A stretch of DNA of 64,000 nucleotides from an uncultured Alphaproteobacteria bacterium (GTDB taxonomy: Bacteria > Pseudomonadota > Alphaproteobacteria > HIMB59 > GCA-002718135), in contig CACJWQ010000006.1 of NCBI GenBank assembly GCA_902597015.1, positions 3,513-67,512 of the forward strand, written 5' to 3'. The stretch's first letter is position 1. Each line of letters starts with the position of its first letter. Both the position numbers and the translations under genes were made by a program. The notes under the pieces are model-generated. The model did not search any database, was not told where the DNA came from, and saw only the letters and a program-made list of their open reading frames with translations. Shown in pieces: positions 49,865 through 59,347 of the stretch.

Positions 49865-50281
49865 GTGTTATTAAAATTTTTAGAAAAAATTGGAAGAAAG
49901 AAAATTGTTCTAGATAGAGGGCCGTCTCATCCAGAATTTTATAAAGCAAAACCATGGATGGAAAGATATTACCTATTATTTAGAAAAAGACCAAAATGGT
50001 TTCCATTTAATATTTTGATTCATAAAATGTTAGATGATGATCACGGTGAAGGAGTTCATAATCATCTTTGTCCTTATATAACAATTATTTTAAAAGGTGG
50101 TTATTGGGAAACAACAAAAAAAGGAAAATTTTGGAGACCTCCTGGATATATTGGTTTTAGGTCGGCTGATCATCTACACAGAGTTGACTTAAAACCAAAT
50201 ACAAACACAATGACGTTATTTATTCCCGGACCTTTTGGTTTTAGAAAAACAAAAAGAACTGATTATAAAACAAAAATATAA
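49865..50281 (+). CDS. Small cupin-like metalloprotein
   Basis: HNH...ILKGGYWE...LHRV cupin-type motif; GTG start immediately after upstream TAG. Confidence 0.65.
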   Translation: MLLKFLEKIGRKKIVLDRGPSHPEFYKAKPWMERYYLLFRKRPKWFPFNILIHKMLDDDHGEGVHNHLCPYITIILKGGYWETTKKGKFWRPPGYIGFRSADHLHRVDLKPNTNTMTLFIPGPFGFRKTKRTDYKTKI

Positions 50282-50294
50282 TTATTTATGTAAA

Positions 50295-51029
50295 TTAAAT
50301 TATTCCGTCATATATTAACTTACACCCACTCAAAAAAAGTAAAACATAAACAATATTAAAAAATAATTTTTCTGGAATTCTTTTTTGTAGAAAGTACCCA
50401 AGTAAAACACTAATAAAAGCTAGTGGCAATAAATAGAAAGAAATCATAAGATTAGAAGGCGCTAATAATCCCACAAAATAATATGGAACTAATTTAACAA
50501 GATTTATAACCATAAATGCTAAGGTCATTGTTCCAATAAATGAAATTTTATTTAGCTTTAAAGGCAGCATATAAAAATTAATTGGTGGATTGCCTGCATG
50601 AATTAAAAAACTTGTATATCCAGCAATAGATGACCAAAAGTATCCTTTAAGTTTTGTTGGTTTAAGTAAATAATTATTTTTCTGAATAAATGAAACTAGA
50701 ACAAAAATAATTGATATAACACCAACCATTATTCTTATCTGATCTTCGTTTGTAAACTCAAAAGTTAAAGTTCCAAATAAAATACCAATTATAGATGCTG
50801 GGATTACAATTTTTAAAATACTGTTTATCCATTTTTTCCAATACAAATAGATTGCTGAAAAATCCATTATTATTAAAAGTGGCAACAATATTCCTGCAGC
50901 TTGCAAAGGACTCATAGCAAACGACATAACTGGCACTGCTAGCATTGCAATAGGTCCTGGAATACCGCCTTTAGATAAACCAAATACAAAAACTCCCAAT
51001 GATGCAAAAATATAAAAATATAAATCCAT
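50295..51029 (-). CDS. TauE/SafE (TSUP) sulfite exporter family protein
   Basis: GLSKGG, AAGILLPLL..D, HAGNPP, KLVPY; about 8 TM. Confidence 0.88.
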   Translation of the reverse strand: MDLYFYIFASLGVFVFGLSKGGIPGPIAMLAVPVMSFAMSPLQAAGILLPLLIIMDFSAIYLYWKKWINSILKIVIPASIIGILFGTLTFEFTNEDQIRIMVGVISIIFVLVSFIQKNNYLLKPTKLKGYFWSSIAGYTSFLIHAGNPPINFYMLPLKLNKISFIGTMTLAFMVINLVKLVPYYFVGLLAPSNLMISFYLLPLAFISVLLGYFLQKRIPEKLFFNIVYVLLFLSGCKLIYDGII

Positions 51030-52190
51030 TTAATTTAAAATTTTTAATGCATTTTTAATATCTTTTATTTGATCATCAATGTCTTCCAATCCACAATATA
51101 ATCTAATTAAAGTTCCAGTATTTCTATTTTTAAACTCTCTTTTATCTAATGGAGGAAAGGTAATGAGACTATCAAATCCACCCCAACTGTATCCCAATTT
51201 GAATATTTTGAGTTTATTAAAAAATTTTTCAATTTGATTGTTTGAGTATTTTTTTTTCAGCATAAATGAAAATAAGCCTGTGCTACCAGAGAAATCTCTT
51301 TTCCATATTTTATGATTTTTTGTATGCGGTAATGCCGGATGGAAAACATCAGATACAAGATAATGTTCTAATAAATATTTTGCCATTAACAATGCATTTT
51401 TTTCAATTTCTCTCATTCGAATTTCAAGTGTTGGCAATCCTCTAATTGCTAAATAAACTTCTTCCGAACCAGGGCATATTCCTAAAGTTTTTGAAGATGC
51501 TCTTATTTTTTTGGAATATTTTTTATTAGACGAAACGAAACCAATTAATACATCCGAGTGTCCGTTTATATATTTAGTTCCTGCATCTATAATAATATCA
51601 ATACCTAATTTAATTGGATTACAAAATAAAGGTGAGGCCCAAGTATTATCCATAACAGTTGGTATTTTATTTTTTTTTGCAATTTTTGTAATTAAAGGTA
51701 TATCAATAATATCAAAAGTTGCTGTTCCTGGTGATTCTAAGTAAATTAACTTTGTTTTACTGTTAATTAATTTCTGAAAATTATTAATATTTTTTGTTGG
51801 ATGAAAATATTTTATTTTAACATTATATTGTTTAAGGATGTTTTCACAAAAAGTTCTAGTAGGACTATAAACACTATCATTTATTAAAACTTCATCACCA
51901 GATTTTAAAAAGGTAAAAAAAGGAATTACTATAGAGGCCAATCCTGACGGTGATAGTACAGTATCATTGCAGTTATATAAAAAAGAAATACTGTCTTCTA
52001 ACTGCTTATGAAATGGATTTTTATTTATTCCATAAAATGTTGTTCTATCGTCAAAATTTTTAATATCGTTTAAGTAATCTTTAAATGTATTAAAGATCAT
52101 TGTAGAGCCCTTATAAGTACCAGGGTTGATAAACCCTTTTTGTTTAAGAGGATTTCTACCTATTTTGGTTAATTTTGTTTTTATTTTCAT
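51030..52190 (-). CDS. metC: Cystathionine beta-lyase
   Basis: PSGL, ESPG, DNTW, TKYINGHSD, GYSWGG; divergent from aapJ as in other alphaproteobacteria. Confidence 0.9.
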   Translation of the reverse strand: MKIKTKLTKIGRNPLKQKGFINPGTYKGSTMIFNTFKDYLNDIKNFDDRTTFYGINKNPFHKQLEDSISFLYNCNDTVLSPSGLASIVIPFFTFLKSGDEVLINDSVYSPTRTFCENILKQYNVKIKYFHPTKNINNFQKLINSKTKLIYLESPGTATFDIIDIPLITKIAKKNKIPTVMDNTWASPLFCNPIKLGIDIIIDAGTKYINGHSDVLIGFVSSNKKYSKKIRASSKTLGICPGSEEVYLAIRGLPTLEIRMREIEKNALLMAKYLLEHYLVSDVFHPALPHTKNHKIWKRDFSGSTGLFSFMLKKKYSNNQIEKFFNKLKIFKLGYSWGGFDSLITFPPLDKREFKNRNTGTLIRLYCGLEDIDDQIKDIKNALKILN

Positions 52191-52351
52191 AAACAACTAA
52201 ATATTGTATAAGCCAAAATTTTTATACACAAATTATAGTAGGCAATTTTAAGCTTAACAAATCTATTATTGGGATTAACTTATTAATTTGTTATAGGGAA
52301 GCAATCTTTGAAAAAAGATATTTAAATAATTATTTAAACGGAGAAAATAAT

Positions 52352-53356
52352 ATGAAAAAACTATTATCTATCTTTGCGGTTGTAGCGTTTGCTTTTTCAG
52401 CACATGCTGGAACTCTTGATGATGTTAAAAATAGAGGTTTTCTAAAATGTGGAGTAACAACTGGTCTTGCTGGTTTTGCTGCTCCAGATGATAGCGGTGA
52501 ATGGGCTGGTCTAGATGCTGATATGTGTCGTGCAGTTGCTGTAGCTGTTTTTGGAGACCGTTCAAAAGTAGAATTTATTACTACTACAGGTAAATCTCGT
52601 TTCCCAACATTAGCTTCTGGTGAAGTTGATATGTTAGCGAGAAATACAACTTGGACAATTAGCCGTGATGTTAATCTTGGTTTTGAATTCGTAGGTGTAA
52701 ACTTCTACGATGGACAAGGTTTCATGGTTCCATCTGCTCTTGGTGTATCAAGTGCAACTGAGCTTGATGGTGCTACTGTATGTATCCAAACTGGTACTAC
52801 TACAGAGTTAAACCTTGCTGACTTCTTTAGATTAAATGGAATTAGCTACGAAGCACTTCCAATTGAAACTAATGATGAAGGTAAAGAAAACTTATTTGCT
52901 GGAAGATGTGATGTATACACAACTGACGCTTCAGGTCTTTCTTCAACAAGAGCTGCTGCTTCTAATCCAGATAAATGGGTTGTATTACCAGAAATTATTT
53001 CAAAAGAACCACTTGGTCCACTTGTAAGACATGGTGATCACCAGTGGGGTGACGTAGTTCGTTGGTCTTTAAATGCAATGATTATTGCTGAAGAACTAGG
53101 TATTACATCTGAAAACGTTGATGCTCAAATGAGCTCTAATGTTCCTGAAGTACTAAGACTTCTTGGTGTTGAAGGTAACTACGGAGAAATGCTTGAGCTA
53201 AGTAATGATTGGGCTTACCAAATTATCAAACAAATTGGTAACTACTCAGAATCATACGAAGCAAACGTAGGTCCAGACACACCTCTAGAAATTGCAAGAG
53301 GTTTAAATGCTCTATGGACTCAAGGTGGTATTTTATACGCACCTCCATTCAGATAA
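52352..53356 (+). CDS. aapJ: General L-amino acid ABC transporter substrate-binding protein
   Basis: RNTTWT, YDGQGF, ISKEPLGP, RGLNALW..GG.LYAPPFR. Confidence 0.95.
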   Translation: MKKLLSIFAVVAFAFSAHAGTLDDVKNRGFLKCGVTTGLAGFAAPDDSGEWAGLDADMCRAVAVAVFGDRSKVEFITTTGKSRFPTLASGEVDMLARNTTWTISRDVNLGFEFVGVNFYDGQGFMVPSALGVSSATELDGATVCIQTGTTTELNLADFFRLNGISYEALPIETNDEGKENLFAGRCDVYTTDASGLSSTRAAASNPDKWVVLPEIISKEPLGPLVRHGDHQWGDVVRWSLNAMIIAEELGITSENVDAQMSSNVPEVLRLLGVEGNYGEMLELSNDWAYQIIKQIGNYSESYEANVGPDTPLEIARGLNALWTQGGILYAPPFR

Positions 53357-53371
53357 ATCTTAATTAAATTT

Positions 53372-53404
53372 AAAACGGGGGGTTTTAAACCCCCCATTTT
53401 TTTT
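53372..53404 (+). terminator. Intercistronic hairpin/terminator between aapJ and aapQ
   Basis: GGGGGGTTT-T-AAACCCCCC followed by A and a T tract. Confidence 0.78.
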
Positions 53405-53417
53405 GTATATACTAGCG

Positions 53418-54581
53418 ATGCGATCTAACTTAGGTTTCTTTTCTGATGAAAAATTTAGATCCATTTTTTTCCAAACTTTAGTTGTAGGTTTATTTGCCCT
53501 AGGGTTATTTTTTGTAATAAGTACAACTTCTTACAACTTAGAAAAAAGAAATATCGCAACTGGTTGGAGTTTTCTTCAAAATCCAGCTGGCTTTGATATA
53601 AGTTTTTCACCCTTCTTAGAATTTAAATCAACTGATACACACTTAAAAGTTTATTTTGTAGGAGTCTTAAATACTCTTTTGGTATCAATTACAGGTTGTA
53701 TAGCTGCAACAATTTTAGGTTTTATATTGGGCATAGTAAGACTATCTTCAAATTGGTTATTAAGTCGACTAGTTTATATTTACGTTGAATTTTCAAGAAA
53801 TGTACCATTACTTCTTCAAATAATTTTATGGTATAGTATTTTAATTCAACTTCCTCGTGTTAAGCAATCATTACAAGTTCTTGATGTATTTTATATTTCA
53901 AACAGAGGATTGTATTCTCCAAGACCAATATTTGAAAGTGGATTTTCATATGTATTAATTGCAATTGTATTGGCTTTAATTTCAAGTTTCTTAATAAATA
54001 GATGGGCAAAAAAAAGACAAGATAAGACAGGTCAACAATTCCCAGTATTCTCAAGTTCAATCGGATTAATATTTATTGTTCCATTAATTTTATTTTTTAT
54101 TCTTGGTTCACCTTTGTCTTTTGAGCATCCAGAATTAAAAGGTTTTAACTTTAAAGGCGGTTTAGTTATTAGACCTGAATTTATAGCAATGTTTTTAGCT
54201 TTATCAATTTACACTGCAGCCTTCATTTCTGAAATTGTTAGAGCAGGTATAATGTCTGTTTCAAAAGGACAAAGAGAGGCTTCAGCTGCTATAGGCTTAA
54301 AACAAACATGGATAATGAGACTAATCATTATTCCTCAAGCTCTCAGAGTGATTGTACCTCCGCTAACAAGTCAATATCTAAACTTAACTAAAAATTCTTC
54401 TTTAGGAATTGCTGTCGGATATGCTGACCTTGTTCACGGTTTTGGAGGAATAAGTTTAAATCAAACTGGTCAAGCTATTGAATGTATGGCAATTGTTATG
54501 GCAACTTATTTGTCAATTAGTCTAACAATATCTTTCTTTATGAACATTTATAATAGAAGTATACAATTTAAGGAAAAGTAA
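53418..54581 (+). CDS. aapQ: General L-amino acid ABC transporter permease
   Basis: AGFDI, RLSSNW, RNVPLLLQ, SQYLNLTKNSSL. Confidence 0.93.
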   Translation: MRSNLGFFSDEKFRSIFFQTLVVGLFALGLFFVISTTSYNLEKRNIATGWSFLQNPAGFDISFSPFLEFKSTDTHLKVYFVGVLNTLLVSITGCIAATILGFILGIVRLSSNWLLSRLVYIYVEFSRNVPLLLQIILWYSILIQLPRVKQSLQVLDVFYISNRGLYSPRPIFESGFSYVLIAIVLALISSFLINRWAKKRQDKTGQQFPVFSSSIGLIFIVPLILFFILGSPLSFEHPELKGFNFKGGLVIRPEFIAMFLALSIYTAAFISEIVRAGIMSVSKGQREASAAIGLKQTWIMRLIIIPQALRVIVPPLTSQYLNLTKNSSLGIAVGYADLVHGFGGISLNQTGQAIECMAIVMATYLSISLTISFFMNIYNRSIQFKEK

Positions 54582-55714
54582 TGAATGAAATGAATGAAGT
54601 TAGAAAACCACCAGTAGCAACAACAGGTATTATTGGTTGGTTACGAATTAATTTATTCTTCAATTGGACAAACTCATTAATTACTTTATTTGTTATTTAT
54701 TGTTTGTATCAGTTTATTCCTTGGATTTTAGATTGGACAATATTTTCAGCTGACTTTAAATATAATTATCTTGGTGAACAAATTACTAACCAAGAAATGT
54801 GTTCACGAAATTTAGATCCTGAAAATGGTGGAGCTTGTTGGGCAGTTATATATGTAAGATTTTATCAATTTATTTATGGATTTTATCCAAAGGTTGAAGT
54901 TTGGAGAGTTAATTTAGCGTATGTTATGTTAGCTTTTGCACTTCTACCTCTTTTGTATGCAAAACTTCCATATAGAAAGTACTTCTTATATTTTACATAT
55001 ATTTTTCCAGTTATTGCTTATTTTTTACTTAATGGTGGCTTGGGATTTACTGAAGTCTCTACTAACAAATGGGGCGGTCTTCTAGTAACACTTGTCCTAG
55101 GCTGTACTGGAATAGCATTAGCTTTTCCTATTGGAATTATGTTGGCTTTAGGCCGAAGATCTAAATTACCAGTTATAAGCATGATGTGTACATTGTTTAT
55201 TGAGTTTATTAGAGGTGTTCCTCTTATAACTTTATTATTCTTTGGAATGGTAATGCTTCCTCTTTTTTTACCAGAAGGAATAGATATGGATGGTTTGGTA
55301 AGAGTTCTTGTTGCAGTTACTTTATTTCAATCCGCTTATATGGCAGAAGTTATAAGAGGGGGGCTACAGGCAATACCTCCTGGTCAATATGAAGCTGCTA
55401 AATCACTTGGGATGTCTTATTGGAGAATGAATTTATTAATAATACTTCCTCAAGCTATTAGAATTTCTATACCACCAATTGTCAACACATCTATAGGTTT
55501 ATTTAAGGATACAACTTTAGTGATTATTGTAGGAATATTAGATTTATTAGGAATTGGAAGAGGTACTTTAGCGGATACCAATTGGTTAGGTTTATCTTAT
55601 GAAATTTACTTTTTTGTAAGTTTGGTATTTTTTATATTCACATTTGGAATGTCTAGATACAGTTTGTATTTGGAAAAGAAATTAAAAACAGGTATTAATA
55701 TGGGGGCTGATTAA
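54581..55714 (+). CDS. aapM: General L-amino acid ABC transporter permease
   Basis: GACW, WGGL, RGVPLIT, GQYEAA, FKDTTL. Confidence 0.93.
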   Translation: MNEMNEVRKPPVATTGIIGWLRINLFFNWTNSLITLFVIYCLYQFIPWILDWTIFSADFKYNYLGEQITNQEMCSRNLDPENGGACWAVIYVRFYQFIYGFYPKVEVWRVNLAYVMLAFALLPLLYAKLPYRKYFLYFTYIFPVIAYFLLNGGLGFTEVSTNKWGGLLVTLVLGCTGIALAFPIGIMLALGRRSKLPVISMMCTLFIEFIRGVPLITLLFFGMVMLPLFLPEGIDMDGLVRVLVAVTLFQSAYMAEVIRGGLQAIPPGQYEAAKSLGMSYWRMNLLIILPQAIRISIPPIVNTSIGLFKDTTLVIIVGILDLLGIGRGTLADTNWLGLSYEIYFFVSLVFFIFTFGMSRYSLYLEKKLKTGINMGAD

Positions 55715-55715
55715 A

Positions 55716-56459
55716 ATGAGTGAAGAATCTATAATTTCATTAAAAAATGTTAACAAGTGGTTTGGAGATTTTCATGTATTACAAGATGTAAATCTTGAAG
55801 TGAAGAAGAAAGAAAGAATTGTAGTTTGTGGCCCTTCTGGTTCTGGTAAATCTACAATGATCAGATGTATTAATAGATTGGAAGAGCACCAAGAAGGTTC
55901 AATTGTTGTTGATGGAATTGAGTTAACAGGAAATTTAAAAAATATTGATAATGTTAGAAAAGAAGTTGGAATGGTATTCCAGCAATTTAATTTATTCCCT
56001 CATTTATCTGTAAAAGAAAATATAACACTAGCTCCAATTTGGGTCAAAAAAATGCCAAAGGCGGAAGCAGAGGAACTGGCTATGAGACAGTTAGAAATAG
56101 TAAAAATTCCTGAACAAGCCAACAAGTATCCTGGTCAATTATCTGGCGGTCAACAACAAAGAGTAGCAATTGCTAGATCTCTTGCAATGAATCCTAACAT
56201 TATGCTTTTTGATGAACCAACTTCAGCTCTAGATCCTGAAATGATTAAAGAAGTTTTAGATGTTATGGTTGATTTGGCAAACGGTGGAATGACTATGATT
56301 GTTGTTACTCACGAAATGGGTTTTGCTAAGACAGTAGCTGATAGAATGGTGTTTATGGATGAAGGTAAAATAGTTGAGGAAGCTAGCCCAGATAAGTTTT
56401 TTAATAATCCAGAGAGTGATCGTACAAAGTTATTTTTAAGTCAGATTCTTCATCAGTGA
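55716..56459 (+). CDS. aapP: General L-amino acid ABC transporter ATPase
   Basis: [26 protein letters not shown]. Confidence 0.96.
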   Translation: MSEESIISLKNVNKWFGDFHVLQDVNLEVKKKERIVVCGPSGSGKSTMIRCINRLEEHQEGSIVVDGIELTGNLKNIDNVRKEVGMVFQQFNLFPHLSVKENITLAPIWVKKMPKAEAEELAMRQLEIVKIPEQANKYPGQLSGGQQQRVAIARSLAMNPNIMLFDEPTSALDPEMIKEVLDVMVDLANGGMTMIVVTHEMGFAKTVADRMVFMDEGKIVEEASPDKFFNNPESDRTKLFLSQILHQ

Positions 56460-56460
56460 T

Positions 56461-57162
56461 TTATGAAGATAACAATAAATTAACTCTTCTATTCATTTTA
56501 CCTTTATTTTCTATTTTGCCGATTTGAATTTTACCAATCTCATTAGTTGATTGCACATGTGTACCACCACAAGGTTGTAAATCAATTTCACCAATTCTAA
56601 TTAATCTTATTTTACCATCTACTTGAGGAGGTTTTACTGACATAGTTCTGATTAGCTCAGGTTTTTCTTCCAATATACTACTTTCAATTACTTCACTAGT
56701 AACGGTATGATTATCTTCAACCAACAAATTTATTTTTTCTTCTAATTCTTCTTTATTTATTTTTTTATCTGGATCATTAAAATCTAATCGACTTTTTTCA
56801 TAACCAATTTGACCGCCAGTTACTCCTAAAGGGACTATAGAACACAACAAGTGCAGTGCAGTATGCATTCTCATATGCTTGTATCTTAAATCCCAATTTA
56901 TTTTTCCAATTATGTCAGCATTCTCTTCAAGATCTTTGAGATCATCTACAATATTTATTATTTTATTATTTTCTTTAATAGTATCTAAAACTTGTATTTT
57001 TATACTTTCAGCTTCTATTTCACCTGTGTCCCCAGGCTGACCACCACTTTTTGCATAAAATGCTGTCTTATCTAACTCAATACGATTTTCTTCTTTCACA
57101 ATACCTGTAATTTTTGCTTTAAACTCTTTAAGATATGCATCATTCTCGAATAATTTTGTCAT
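56461..57162 (-). CDS. alaX: AlaX-type trans-editing factor for misacylated tRNA-Ala
   Basis: FYAKSGGQPGD, HTALH, CGGTH. Confidence 0.9.
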   Translation of the reverse strand: MTKLFENDAYLKEFKAKITGIVKEENRIELDKTAFYAKSGGQPGDTGEIEAESIKIQVLDTIKENNKIINIVDDLKDLEENADIIGKINWDLRYKHMRMHTALHLLCSIVPLGVTGGQIGYEKSRLDFNDPDKKINKEELEEKINLLVEDNHTVTSEVIESSILEEKPELIRTMSVKPPQVDGKIRLIRIGEIDLQPCGGTHVQSTNEIGKIQIGKIENKGKMNRRVNLLLSS

Positions 57163-57224
57163 AGCGTTTTTTAACAGTATTTTAAAAATATTATATTGAC
57201 TTTTTTTTCATTCTGAATAAATTA

Positions 57225-57239
57225 GAACAAAAGTAGAAC
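57225..57239 (+). promoter_or_regulatory. Alphaproteobacterial LexA (SOS) box
   Basis: GAAC-AAAAGTA-GAAC direct repeat downstream of TTGACT (57196) and upstream of umuD. Confidence 0.85.
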
Positions 57240-57301
57240 AAATAATTTTATAAATAATATAATTATTATTTATCAATTATTTAAATATTTTTTCTAATAT
57301 T

Positions 57302-57739
57302 ATGTCTAAAAAAATAGAAAACTTAATATTTAAAACTGAATCCAAAGGAGATCAAATAACACCTTATTTTCTTGATACAGTATCTGCAGGTTTTCCATCT
57401 CCAGCTACTGATTATATGGAAAACAAACTTGATCTTAATGAATATTTGGTTCAACGTCCAACAGCAACCTATATCGTTAAAGCTAATGGCCCTTCTATGA
57501 CCGATGCAGGCATATTATCAGGTGATTTACTTATTGTTGATAGAAGTATTACACCTCGTAACGACAATATTGTTATAGCCTCTATCTTTGGTGATCTAAC
57601 AGTTAAAAAACTGAAAAAGAAAGATCAGTCACTATTTTTAATTTCTGCCAATAGTGAGTATCCTAGTATTCAAGTTAAAGAGGAAATGGAGTGTTTTATA
57701 TGGGGGGTAGTGACATATGTCATACACAAGACTACTTAA
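57302..57739 (+). CDS. umuD: Error-prone polymerase V subunit UmuD (S24 peptidase)
   Basis: SAGFPSPA cleavage site, GPSM Ser, TVKK Lys, no HTH. Confidence 0.92.
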   Translation: MSKKIENLIFKTESKGDQITPYFLDTVSAGFPSPATDYMENKLDLNEYLVQRPTATYIVKANGPSMTDAGILSGDLLIVDRSITPRNDNIVIASIFGDLTVKKLKKKDQSLFLISANSEYPSIQVKEEMECFIWGVVTYVIHKTT

Positions 57740-59021
57740 TAGAAATCATAACTCAGTAAATCAATCTATAGCATTGATAGATTGCAATAATTTTTATGCG
57801 TCATGTGAAAGAATATTTAATCCAAAACTTATAGGAGAACCAATTGTCGTACTTTCCAATAATGATGGTTGTATCATTGCACGATCAAAAGAAGCAAAAA
57901 AATTAGGGATAAAAATGGGTGAACCTTATTTTAAAGCAAAAAATATTATTGAAAAAAATGATGTTAAAGTTTTTTCATCTAATTATTCTTTATATGGTGA
58001 TATTTCTCAGAGAGTAATGGAGACTTTATCAAGTTTCTCTTCAGAGGTAGAAATCTACTCCATAGATGAAGCATTTCTTGGTTTAAATGGTTTTGAGAAC
58101 TATGAGCTAAACACTTATTGCAGACATATTAGACAAACAATTAAGAGGTGGGTTGGTATTCCAGTTAGTATTGGAGTGGGCCCAACAAAAACACTATCAA
58201 AAATAGCTAATCATTTAGCAAAAAAACAAACAGAATATAAAGGTGTGTGCATACTAAAAAATAAAATAGAAATAAAAAAAGCATTAGAATTAACATCCAT
58301 TGAAGAAGTATGGGGCATTGGAAGAAGATTATCTCTTTTCCTGAAAAAATATAATATTTATAATGCTTATCAATTTTCACAAATGGACAGAGGATGGATA
58401 AGAAAAAATATGGGTGTAGTGGGAGAGAAGACATACCTAGAACTAAATAGTGTATCGTGTTTAGAACTTGATTTAGTTCCAAGTGATAAACAAAGTTGTT
58501 GTGTCTCAAGATCATTTAGTCAGCCAATAGAAAAATTATTTAATTTGGAGGAATCAATATCAACTTATGGATCAAGAGTATCAGAGAAGATAAGGGAAGA
58601 GGGGTTAGTGGCTGAGTCGATGAGTGTTTTTGTTTTAACAAATCATTTTAATAGAAGAGAGAAACAATATTCGAATTCAATAAAACTACACTTACCTTTT
58701 CCAACAAATAATAGCATAAAGATTGTTAAAAGAGCTCTTGAAGGAATTAGAAAAATATACCGACCAGGATTTCGTTATAAAAAAGCTGGAATTATATTAT
58801 ACGGTCTTAGCAGACACAATGTAACTAGAGGATTGCTTGATTATGACCGTGATACATCGGATAGAATAATGAATACTATTGACAATATTAATTCTAGATA
58901 TGGAAGTTCAACGTTAAAGATAGCTTCTGAAGGTATAGAAAAAATATGGAAGATGAAAAGAGAAAACGTATCCCCATGTTACACAACACGTTTTGAAGAA
59001 TTAGTGGAAGTTAAAGCTTAG
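57717..59021 (+). CDS. umuC: Y-family DNA polymerase V subunit UmuC
   Basis: DCNNFYASCE, LSNNDGC, YSIDE, SPCYTT tail. Confidence 0.93.
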   Translation: MSYTRLLNRNHNSVNQSIALIDCNNFYASCERIFNPKLIGEPIVVLSNNDGCIIARSKEAKKLGIKMGEPYFKAKNIIEKNDVKVFSSNYSLYGDISQRVMETLSSFSSEVEIYSIDEAFLGLNGFENYELNTYCRHIRQTIKRWVGIPVSIGVGPTKTLSKIANHLAKKQTEYKGVCILKNKIEIKKALELTSIEEVWGIGRRLSLFLKKYNIYNAYQFSQMDRGWIRKNMGVVGEKTYLELNSVSCLELDLVPSDKQSCCVSRSFSQPIEKLFNLEESISTYGSRVSEKIREEGLVAESMSVFVLTNHFNRREKQYSNSIKLHLPFPTNNSIKIVKRALEGIRKIYRPGFRYKKAGIILYGLSRHNVTRGLLDYDRDTSDRIMNTIDNINSRYGSSTLKIASEGIEKIWKMKRENVSPCYTTRFEELVEVKA

Positions 59022-59027
59022 ATAAAA

Positions 59028-59102
59028 TGGCTCCCCGGGCCGGGCTCGAACCAGCGACCGATCGGTTAACAGCCGATTGCTCTACCACTGAGCTACCGAG
59101 GA
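59028..59102 (-). tRNA. tRNA-Asn(GTT)
   Basis: Reverse complement TCCTCGG...CTGTTAA...CCGGGGA-G-CCA. Confidence 0.96.
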
Positions 59103-59149
59103 ACACAATTTTGTTGATAATAAAAAAAAATTAAAAAACAAGAAAAATT

Positions 59150-59223
59150 TGGAGGCTCGGAGCGGAATCGAACCGCTGTGCAAGGCTTTGCAGGCCCCTA
59201 CATCACCACTCTGCCACCGAGCC
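59150..59223 (-). tRNA. tRNA-Cys(GCA)
   Basis: Reverse complement GGCTCGG...CTGCAAA...CCGAGCC-T-CCA. Confidence 0.95.
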
Positions 59224-59347
59224 TAAAAAAAATGACAATTATCACTATATTATTTCTAGTCAATTAATGAAAAAAAATTCTAAAGATTAATAATATAATT
59301 TAAATAATTGATTATATATTAGGTTTATATAAAGCATCTTTTAAGAA

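Noticed and set aside
19203-59223. Prophage or genomic island at the tRNA genes
   Set aside because: No integrase, transposase or phage structural genes, and no duplicated tRNA 3' end noticed by eye
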